A DNA stretch of 64,000 bases from Mobula hypostoma (Eukaryota): the NCBI RefSeq assembly GCF_963921235.1, contig NC_086117.1, positions 45,880,001 through 45,944,000 of the forward strand, in the 5' to 3' direction. Made by a program: the position numbers and the translations under genes. The stretch's first letter is position 1, and each line of letters starts with the position of its first letter. The notes beneath the pieces were generated by a model that was not told the DNA's origin, searched no databases, and saw nothing but the letters and a program-made list of their open reading frames with translations. Shown here piece by piece: positions 27,701-37,500 of this stretch.

Positions 27701-30700
27701 GAAACAGGGAACAATTATTCTTTGAGATGCTGATGCAGAATGTCTGCACGGACCCAGCAATAAGCACAGTCTTCACAGAATGGCAATGTAAAGTTACTGG
27801 TTGGTCACCATTATTAGGGAGCTACTGGCACAATATCTCGTAAGGAATCAGGCCGAAGATCCATGCTCACCGATTATAAATCTGTATTTCCAGGTCTCTG
27901 TTCTACTGCACACCACAGAGCTTTACCGTGCACTTTGTAATACAGGCTGGACACTTGCTGTTACAGAAAGATGGTGTCTGGCTGTTACTGTGAGTATATG
28001 GGAAAGGACTGTCATGGTCCAGTCTGTGAAGTCCGCATTCCGGTTCACGGTCCGGTCCATCGACCCTTGCTCCAGGTTTTCCTGTCTACCCTGTTTCTGT
28101 TCCTGTTGAGCTCTAATTGAGGCAGCTGATGCTAGTTGGGGCTGGCTGCATAAATACCTCCAGAGACCAGGGCATGGCTGCTGGATTGTTCTTGTCCTTA
28201 CTCCTTGTATCCCTTCCCCTGCCTTCTGTTTCCTCGCCTGTCTTGTACTCTCGCCTCGCCTGAAGTTCTTGTCTCGCCTTGCATTGCCTGAAGCCTTGCC
28301 TTGTTTTGCTGGTAACTTTTGCCTCATTTCGCCTGAGCCACCCTGTGCCTAGCTCCCTTCCTGTCCCTTGCCTCTGCCGGGTAAGTCAGGCCACCTTGCC
28401 ATTACCCTGCTATTGGTTCTGTCCCTTCCTGTCCCTTGCCTCCATCGGGTAAGCCAGGCCGTCTTGCTGTTATCTACGGTTGGTTCTGTCCCTTCCTGTC
28501 TCTTGCTTCCATCAGGTGGAGTACCGCGCCCTGCCCAGGAGGAGCTTCAAGACCCAAGTCTCAAGCCTCTGGTCTCCAGCCTGGCCTCAAGTTTCTGGTC
28601 TCCAGCCTGGCCTCAAGTCTGAAGACTCCAGCCTTGTCCTGCCTGCCAGCCAAGTCATGTCCTTGCCCAGTTCTGGGATCCAAGCCAGAAGCAAGACCCA
28701 GGTTCTGGGTCCTTGTCCTGTCTCTGGCTCAGAGTCCAAGCCCGGGCTCCTAGCTCTCTTGTCCAGTCCTGTTCCGGGTTCCCAGCTTTTGTGTCCATGT
28801 CCTAGTCCTCACACTGTATCCTAGTCCTGTCCCTAGTACTTCCGTGTCTGTGTCTTGCACTTGGGTCCGTTCCCAGCCACCTCCTTATGACAAGGACTCC
28901 TTCTGAGAGTTGATTATTATCTTTCTCTGCTTTTATAGATACAGGACTCTGCAATCACAATTACCCTGAGATGCTCACTGAGGGTTAGCTTGAGCTCAGT
29001 CACATACCTTCAGTTCGGCAGGTCTGTAGACACTCCCGTTCTGTTTGAAAATTATTCTTGTTTCCAGCACAACCACCATATTTAAATAGTTCACAGGCCA
29101 TCGAGGTTTGGTTATAGAAGAACCGATGGAAAAGCATGAAGCACGGACCACTATCAGGCTCAAGTTGGCAGGATTCTTGATACAAAAGGAAATGAAAATT
29201 GTTAACATTAACAACTATACAAAATGTTTCACTTTCATAAAGTTGCTTCTCAAGTTGTTCCAAAGACAAGAACCCTAGCTCACTCAACCTTTCCTCCTAA
29301 GGCATTCTCTCTAATCCAGAGAGCATCGTGCTAAACCTCCTCTGCAACCTTTCTAAAGCTTCCAAGTCCTTCTTGTAATAAGGTTCAAGAAGACAGTTCA
29401 CCACTTTCTCAAGGGCAACTGGGCACAGGAAACTCAAAGCTAGCTCAACTTGCAAAGCCCACATCCCTAGACCAATTAGAACAAAATTACAAGGGAGAAA
29501 GCGGAATATGGAAGTAACCATTAGGGAATATACAATTCAAAGGGGAAATGTTGTTGAAAACAAATGTGGAACTAATGTTCCCTCTAATATGTAATGATCA
29601 GTGCATGCAAAAATCTTGTGCTGTGCAATTTTTTGCTCAGTGACAGCAATATGTGTGCACTGAATGTTTGAGTAAACCTGAAGCTATTCTAAGGATGATA
29701 ATCTACCAAGTCAACTTTGTTGTTCATTGTTTAAAAGAAGTAACATAATGCATATCAATGAGTCATTGCTGATGTCACATAAACATGCAAATAGTTCACT
29801 ATTTATTGCACAAGTTCCAACGGTGCAACCGGCAAACTGAATGACTTCAAACTTGTGGATAAATAAACATGTCGCTGTTTGCAATCAGAAGTTTTATTTC
29901 TAAGAACACTCAGCCTTTTCAACTTCCATATAGCGGAAGGGGGAGGGGGGTAATATTTTGATAAATATTCATCAAAAGAAGTATACTTAACTTTGTCAGC
30001 GAGGTACAGGGTGACAACCTTTTGTCCACAGTTTAAATTATTTTGTGCGCTGGTAGCAAAAGATGTTTGCACGCGCACACCTTAGAGGGAACGTTGGTGG
30101 TGGAGACAGTATTCTCAAAGTATTTAAGAAGCATCTACAGTAGTGGGGTGGGGATGAGGAAGAGGATGAGGGGTGGAGGGGGGGTGGTGATGAAAGTTGG
30201 GGGGTGGCTGGGTTAAAGAGTCAAAATGTAATCGGCAACTGGTTGTATTGAATGTAATTTGTTGGTGTTGCAATAAAAAATTTAGTGATAAAAAAGAAGC
30301 ATCTACAGTAGACAAGGACTTGGATCAATCCAGTTTTAAAGGCTGTGGACCAAGTGCTGGTAAGTGGAGTTGGTGGACTGAAGGCCCATGGCTGGGCTGA
30401 GTGACCGATGGCTCCACATTATGCTGCGGCTGGTCATCTGCCGGAAGCAGCACCAGGTAATCAAACCAGTGCTGTGCCAAAACAGTACTTAATCCCCTGC
30501 CTAGACCTGTGCCCAGTGTGGTGGTCAAAACACCTCATAATAATACTGCATCATGGTACTGGTTAATGCATACTCTGCATAATTACACTGGTTCTGTTCC
30601 ATTTCTGCAGCCAGTGCCGTACCTGATGTGGCACCCAGCTCACTGTTGGCCAGTTCCCAGCACCGTGATCAGGGTGGCCCAGTGATCTCTCTGTCCTTGC

Positions 30701-33700
30701 ATCCACTGTCCAAGGTGCTGATTTACTCCGTAACACCCCACCTCCCCTGATGTTGAGAGCAGTGATTCACCCTTTGCTGTATCCAGTGCTATACCCACCT
30801 TCATTTGCCTCAATGGCTCCAAAAGCAGACTGTTCCGTGCCTGTCAACACTCTCCTTGCACGAGCCTTGCATGAAAGAGGAATGAAAATGCCTTCAGATT
30901 TGATTAGACATTGATTCAGAAAATAATGCAAAAATATTGTTGTGTACAGTATTTAATATTTCAGTAATATTGTAAATATATTGCTTGATGAAGCAATATT
31001 ATTTTTCAAATAATTCATTGCAGGTTATATGCAAATGTACATAGATGACATATGTCATTAGCCTATCACATCATAAGGGCGTTCGTCAGTAAAGAATGGA
31101 AAGTAAAAAGAAAGAAGGCATGTTTACCCCAGCTTCCCGGTTGTTTCTTTCAATTTGTTTCTGAAGTTACAAAACATAACAGTAGCAATGAGGAAATTTT
31201 AAACCTAACCTGAGACCCCTACCTACCTGTTGAAACACAGCACGTTCCTTCTTCAGAAGGGGAGACAGAGAGACATTTGAGTTTTTTAAAAAAAGTACAC
31301 CATGTTTATTTCTTCAGAAATGAGTGAAAAATGGTTGAGTTTAAAAAAAAGTCAGAAAACAGACAGAATTCATGGGTTCATAAGCGGTGAGTACCGGGTG
31401 ATAATTATAATAAATTTTTAAAAAGCAGAAATGGCTCATTACATCAGAAAGATAGATGTGTTTGAGTGCACAACAGATAACTGGGTGATGTATACTGAAT
31501 GAATTGAGCAGTATTTTGAAGCAAATCAAACTAGTTTTGATTAGTTTCTGGAGTGAGAAAACTTAACAAATATGAAGTATTTATTTGTTTCTTTTAAGTT
31601 GCTTCTTTCCCAAGAGCTGTAAAATACTCAGTCTTCATTTACAAACTAAATATTTTATAATAAGTAACTTGTTTGTGGAAAAACTCAAACAAGTTTACAA
31701 TGTTTCTCAATGTTATATGACCAAGAACATGAACAAGCAATATGGAACATAATTCTGATCAGTTCCATAATGGGTTGAATGAGATTTTATAGCATTGCCC
31801 TATCGAACACTGGCTCAGTACACCTCCTGCCATCAATCCTTATAACCCCCTATTCTGTACATATGTCAGGTAGCCCAGAGATGGAAAACCTTATCAGTTA
31901 CATCTCCCTTGGCCATCCCGTTCATTGCTACTTCAAAACCTTCAGACAGATTTATCAGCTGTGAAACGGTTCAGTCACTTATCTTGGTGTTATTTGCTGA
32001 GATATACCTTGGGCGTATCATTTTTCTCAATTAACAGTGACATTTACAATTTTTCAATCTAAACAAAGAGTTTCCAAGCCCAGTTAAATGTGAAAAATAA
32101 TGTTAATCTCCAAAGTTTTCATCTGCTTCCATTGTAATTTTGGGAACAACCTCATCCCAGGAATTTGTCAGCCTTTGATGTCAATATGTTCAAAGTTCAA
32201 AGTAAATTTATTATCAAAGTGCGCTAATGTCACCATATACAACCCTGAGATTCATTTTCTTGCAGGCAATCACAGTAATTACAAGAAACACAATAGAATC
32301 AATGAAAGACGGCACTCAACAGGATGGACAACAACCAATATGAGGGGGAAAAACAATAAACTGTGCAAATACAAAAAGAAAGAGAAAATAAAGAAATAAT
32401 TAAAAATAATCAGTAAGTATCAAGAATGTGAGATGAAGATTCATTGAAAGTGAGTCTATAGATTGTGGGAACAGCTCTGCAATGGGGTGAGTGAAGATGA
32501 CTAAAGCTACTCCCTTTGGCTCAAGAGCCTGATGGCTGAGGGGTGAGAATTGTTCCTGAACCTGGTAGTGCAGATGTTGAGGTTTCTGTATCTCCTCCCT
32601 TACAGCAGCATGGCCTGAGTGGTGGGGGTCCTTGATGATGGATGCTTCTTTGCTGCAGCAGGGCTCCATGTAAATGTGCACAATGGTGGGGAGGGCTACA
32701 AGTGTGATGGACTGGGCAGCATCCACTACTTTTTGGAGGCTTTTCCAACCAAAGGCATTGGCGCTTCCATGCCAGGCCTCGATGCAACTGATCAGTATCC
32801 TCTCTTCCACATATCTATAGAAGTTTGTCGAAGTTTTAGATGACATGCCAAATCTTTGCAAATTTCTAAGAAAGTAGAAGCATTGCAGTTCTTTCTTCAT
32901 GATCACACCTATATGCTGGACCCACGACAGAAGCTCTGGAATGATAACACTGAGGTTATCCAGGTTGTGGTTGTTTTACTTACAGAGGATTTGGTAAATC
33001 CCTTGTTGTAATTGTTTTTTAATGCTTTAGTAAAATATTAGTTGAATTAATACAAGACTAAAATCATATGTTTTACTGACATACTATTTGTATTTTTAAC
33101 AAACACATGTACAAGGGGTGATTGATAAGTTTGTGGCCTAAGGTAGAAGGAGTCAATTTTAGAGAGCTGTATAACTCATCTCCTTCTACCTTAGGCCACA
33201 AACTTATCAATCGTCCCTGCTGTGGACCACCTGGAGGTCCAAGACGCTCTCGTTACATGCACGTGCAGTTCAACTCTTTGAGTGATAATGCAGAAAGTTT
33301 GAAGTTAATAACTCATCACCTTCTACCTTAGGCCACGAACTTATCAACCACCCCTGCTGTGGACTACTTCTACAAAGAAGGGATCTGTATGCTCCACGAC
33401 CGCTGGACTAAGTGTGTACATGTAGGAGGGGACTATGTTGAAAAATAAATGTGCTAGGTTTTCTAAAATTGACTCCTTCTACATTAGGCCACAAACTTAT
33501 CAATCACCCCTCATATTTTTCACAATATGTGGTGTTGGTCTCCACCTACTGAAGGAAAAGCAGTATACCAGGTCCAATTTTCATTTCTCATTGGCTAAGT
33601 GTTAGTACATTACACATTTACTGTGACTGTGTAACTTTTTATTGGTTCCTTCTTATCTCAGGAATTTAACTCAATTGAAGAATAAAGGTGACAGGCACTG

Positions 33701-35294
33701 CAAAAGCGCCATCTTTGTTTCCTTTTTTCTTTATTTCTTTGTTCCTTTTTTCTCCTCTCAGTTTCATAAGCTCTCTATCTGCTCCTTTGTTTAAACTTTA
33801 AGACAAACAATTACGAAGCAACAAGTATTTACTCATTCTTGGACTCCCAAAGGAACCTGGGTATCAGAAAAATCATCAGATCCCACACCCACTTCTGAGT
33901 TCTGACAAACGATCCTTGGCATTCTCTCTCCACAGAAGCTGTCTTCCCTCTGCGTAGTTCAAGGATTTTATGTCTGTAATTGAACATGAGTTTCCTTGGG
34001 GTGAGCCAATAGAGGCTTGGACTAGTGTTGTTGTTTGTTTGATCTTTGGGCTCACAGTAAGGTTGTGTTTGCTCTCATGTGCATTCAGCAGACTGGAAGA
34101 AAATAAACTTCCTAAAAGTTGAAACTCAGCCTCAACCTCTTCTGAGTGTTGAAGTGTAACCCCATCGTGTTCCCGCTGCCCCCGGACAGTGATACTGCAC
34201 AGCGTAACCCCTTCGTGGTACACAGCCGCAACATCCCCCACAGCTCTGATTAATCCTAAACTAATCACAGGACAACTTCCAACCACCACTTAACCAACCC
34301 AGTATGTCTTTGCACTGTGGGAAGGAACAGGAGCACCCGGAAAAATCCACAGGGAGAATGTGCAGACGTTCCTTACAGAACGGCACCACAATTGAACGGC
34401 AAACTCTGGAAAGCCCCAAGCTGTAATAGTGCCGTGCTCACTATGCTACTGTAGTTATCGCATGTAAGCACCGATCAATGCCACTGCTCAGCCCAAAGCT
34501 ACACCAATCAAAGCAACCCACTTACCCGGTTTACCAGAGTTATTGCATTAACTATATCTCTGGGACAGAATCAGAATATTATCTAATTTATTATCACTGG
34601 GCTTGTCATTCCCAAACCCAGTGTACCAGAGTTAGTGCGTTAACGACTTTTCCATAGGGCAGATGCCCAAGAAGCGGTGAGAAATATCGCCATCATACCA
34701 GCACATTCATTACAGCATCAACTTAACTTACTGAGCACAGTGTACATGAGTTACTGAATAAGCTGCCAACTTCATCCCATCTGTCAAATTACTATATCAA
34801 TTACAATCTCTTAAACCAGCGCCTCAGGGTTAGTTAAATTAACCAACACCCAGAGCACCAGAATAAAACAAGCATACTACTTGCAATAACTACTGGCCCT
34901 TATACAGCATTAATCTCAGTGCCTAACTCTGCTGTTCCAGACTTACAGACGTCATTATGATCCCAGAACCAAGGGGTACCAGAGTTCCTACAACAACTGC
35001 AAGACAATGATAACAGTGATGGCCTTAACATAGCTCCTAAGCCTAGTGGACCAAAGTTAATGCATTAACTGCTGTTTCTGAGCCCAATATATCAGTCACA
35101 GCACTATCTGTGGTCATTTACCCAGTGTACAACTACAGTTCATGGGCCCACATCCCTGAGTTCAGTCTGGCTTGGATTACCTGATTCTCATTAAAGTTCG
35201 CCCATAGTAGAAGATCAGCATTTGTTTTCCGTGGGGCTGCTGTCCCTGTGCCCAACAGCTGCATGGCAAGGAGAAGGCACAGAGTGCACCACAT
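24755..35294 (-). CDS. AMBP-derived bikunin-only gene, copy A (5 coding exons, 549 nt, 182 aa)
   Basis: Exons 35181-35294, 30799-30865, 29008-29175, 27150-27323 and 24755-24780 join in frame (phases 0,1,1,1) into signal peptide - RARR - two Kunitz domains - EDELLLQ*. Confidence 0.8.
25185..27000 (+). mobile_element. Two CR1-like 3' fragments
   Basis: [31 protein letters not shown]. Confidence 0.88.
27150..27323 (-). CDS. Bikunin Kunitz domain 2 exon (174 nt)
   Basis: [58 protein letters not shown]; bikunin-type LWAFD and GNGNKFY; donor weak (A|gtgata). Confidence 0.93.
28010..28892. mobile_element. Solo LTR (family 1) in the intron between the Kunitz exons, TSD AGGAC
   Basis: TGTCAT...ATGACA termini; AGGAC at 28005-28009 and 28893-28897. 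Confidence 0.88.
29008..29175 (-). CDS. Bikunin Kunitz domain 1 exon (168 nt)
   Basis: [56 protein letters not shown]; six Cys, bikunin-type YNxTSMACE and ECLQTCRT. Confidence 0.95.
29573..30096. mobile_element. Non-autonomous DNA transposon, hAT-like (mirror ~62593-63116)
   Basis: Terminal inverted repeats aatgttccctctaa / ttagagggaacgtt; TSD not clear. Confidence 0.6.
30126..30311 (+). mobile_element. Short 5'-truncated retroinsertion with 18-bp TSD
   Basis: AAGAAGCATCTACAGTAG at 30126-30143 and 30294-30311 flanking ~150 nt that ends in AATAAA and an A-rich tail; TTT/AA insertion site. Confidence 0.75.
30799..30865 (-). CDS. Copy A linker exon (AMBP exon 7 equivalent), [22 protein letters not shown]
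   Basis: Polypyrimidine tract + aag acceptor, phase 0 to 1, R-x-R-R furin site, donor G|gtgggt. Confidence 0.85.
30938..31570 (+). mobile_element. Gypsy-type LTR + PBS-like site + gag start, truncated (mirror ~61120-61752)
   Basis: TGTTGTG...CATAACA (30938-31181), then [18 protein letters not shown] gag-like N-terminus. Confidence 0.6.
32400..32930 (-). mobile_element. Rex1/L2-like LINE 3' fragment (mirror ~59760-60290)
   Basis: [28 protein letters not shown] motif. Confidence 0.75.
33112..33513. mobile_element. Mariner-type MITE with TA TSD (mirror ~59176-59577)
   Basis: Long TIR c[a/g]aggggtgattgataagtttgtggcctaa..., TA on both sides, extra internal TIR copies. Confidence 0.85.
34210..34455 (-). 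mobile_element. tRNA-derived V-SINE-like element (mirror ~58235-58480)
   Basis: ccgggtgctcc..ttcccacagtgcaaagac core typical of fish SINEs. Confidence 0.55.
35181..35294 (-). CDS. Copy A exon 1: signal peptide + lipocalin N-terminal stub
   Basis: [38 protein letters not shown]|gtaat; ends NFxxxx in phase 0 like lipocalin exon 1. Confidence 0.8.
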
Positions 35295-35393
35295 TCTGCT
35301 GGTCTGCTCCAAAGTAACACAGCTACGTGGTTCTGCCTGGAGTTATCAGACAGACGATGTCCCAATCCCAGTGTGTGTGGAACAGTGACAGCT

Positions 35394-35431
35394 CAAAGGT
35401 CCATGTTGACATTATTTTGTTATTCATTAAT
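35394..35431. promoter_or_regulatory. Putative HNF4 + HNF1 liver promoter module of copy A (mirror ~57258-57295)
   Basis: CAAAGGTCCA at 35394-35403 and GTTATTCATTAAT at 35419-35431, 100-140 nt upstream of the ATG. Confidence 0.5.
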
Positions 35432-35714
35432 CACAACTTGATGGATTTACTCAGAAACTACTAGAACCCTTGAGTGGGCACATTAACTGGTCTGAGCTTG
35501 GAATATCAGCGGCGGGTCAGAGAATGAGTGAGTTGGAGAATTAGACTATGTGATGGACTGAGCTCTGTGCAGGTTATTACTTGTCATCACTCCTCATTGA
35601 ACAAGAGGATCGACCTTTGGTCAACAAGGAGTGTGGAATGTATATAGGGAGCAAAACCAGACTCTTCGAAATATCTGTCCACTGGTGATTGCACGTTTGC
35701 AAATCCTTAGCAAA

Positions 35715-37500
35715 TGAGTTAACCCATCCCAGTATATGAAGAGCAAGAGGATAAGATGTGAGAGAATAGGACCTATCAAGTGTGACAGTGGAAAAGTGTG
35801 TATGGAACCGGAGGAGGTAGCAGATGTACTTAATGAATATTTTGCTTCTGTATTCACTACGGAAAAGGACCTTGGCGATTGTAGGGATGACACAGTCAAC
35901 TGAAAAGTTTGAGCATATAGATATTAAGAAAAAGGATGTGCTGGAGATTTTGGAAAGCATCAAGTTGGATAAGTCACCGGGACCAGACAAGATATACCCC
36001 AGACTACTGTGGGAAGTGAGGGAGGAGATTGCTAATCCTCTGGCAATGATCTTCGCATCATCAATGGGGACAGAAGAGGTTCCAGAGGATTTGAGGGTTG
36101 CAAATGTTGTTCCCTTATTCAAGAAAGGGTGTAGAGATAGCCCAGGAAATTATAGACCAGTGAGTCTTACTTCAGTGGTTGGTAAGTTGATGGAGAAGAT
36201 ACTGAGAGGCAGGATTTATGAACATTTGCAGAGGCATAATATGATTAAGAATAGTCAGCATGGCTTTGTCAAAGACAGGTCGTGCCTTACGAACCTGACT
36301 GAATTTTTTGAGGATGTGACTAAACACATTGATGAAGGTAGATCAGTAGATGTAGTGTATATGGATTTCAGCAAGGTATTTGATAAGGTACCCCATGCAA
36401 GGTTTCTTGAGAAAGTAAGGAGGCATGGGATCGAAGGGGACCTTGCTTTTTGGATCCAGAATTGGCTTGCCCACAGAAGGCAAAGAGTGGCTGTAGACAG
36501 GTCATATTCTGCATGGAGGTCTGTCACCAGTGGTGTGCCTCAGGGATCTGTTCTGGTACCCCTACTCTTTGTGATTTTTATAAATCACCTAGATGAGGCA
36601 GAGGAGAGATGGGTTAGTAAGTCTGTGGTTGACACAAAGGTTGGGAGTGTTGTGGATAGTAGGGAGGGCAGTCAGAGATTACAGCGGGACATCGATAGGA
36701 TGCAAAACTGGGCTGAGAAGTGGCAGATGGAGTTCAACCCGGATAAGTGTGAGGTGGTTCATTTTGGTAGGTCAAATATGATGGCAGAATATAGTATTAA
36801 TGGTAAGACTCTTGGCAGTGTGGAGGATCAGAGGGATCTTGGGATCCGAGTCCATAGGACACTCAAAGCTGCAGCGCAGGTTGACTGTGTGGTTAAGAAG
36901 GCATATTGTGCATTGGCCTTCATCAACCATAGGATTGTGTTCAAGGGCCGAAAGGTAATGTTACAGCTTTATAGGACCCTGGTCAGACCCCACTTGGAGT
37001 ACTGAGTTCTGGTCGCCTCACTACAGAAGGGATGCAGAGGAGATTTATAAGGATGTTGCATGGATTGGGGAGAATGCCTTATGAGAATAGATTGTGTGTA
37101 CTTGGCCTTTTCTCCTTGGAGTGATGGAGGATGAGAGGTGACCTGATAGAGGTGTATAAGATAATGAGAGGCATTGATCGTGTAGATAGTCAGAGGCTTT
37201 TTCTCAGGGTTGAAATGGCTAACACGAGAGGGCTAGTTGGTTCTTGGAAGTAGGTACAGAGGAAATGTCAGGGGTAAGTTTTTTACTCTGAGAGTGGTGA
37301 GTGTGTGGAATGGGCTGCCAGTGACAGTGGTGGAGGCAGATACGATAGAGTTTTTGAAGATACTCTTGGATAGGTACATGGAGCTTAGGAAAATAGAAGC
37401 TATGGGTAACCCTAGGTAATTTCTAAAATAAGTGCATGTAAGGTACAGCATCATGGGCCGAAGGGCCTGTATTGTGCTGTAGGTTTTCTATGTTTCTAAA
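35715..37500 (+). mobile_element. CR1-like LINE RT region, 393-aa open segment (mirror 55190-56975, frameshifted)
   Basis: NYRPVSLTS, QHGF, DFSKVFDKVPH, GVPQGSVL; catalytic FADD degraded to SVVD. Confidence 0.92.

Noticed and set aside
33112-33513. Regularly recurring ~30-nt repeats superficially like a CRISPR array
   Set aside because: Eukaryotic context, mixed orientations and TA TSD indicate internal TIR copies of a mariner MITE
34955-35000. WYPLVLGS on minus, resembling lipocalin exon 2 (GxWY..IGS)
   Set aside because: Flanked by in-frame stops, out of frame with the nearby acceptor, and explained by the local aactctggtac repeat unit
35177-35365. ORF-track protein MGHRLSDNSRQ.. (and mirror 57324-57512)
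   Set aside because: Wrong frame; the coding frame is the overlapping signal-peptide exon starting at 35294
35824-37005. 393-aa RT ORF as an active or domesticated gene
   Set aside because: Catalytic FADD mutated to SVVD, truncated at both ends, and frameshifted in the mirror copy
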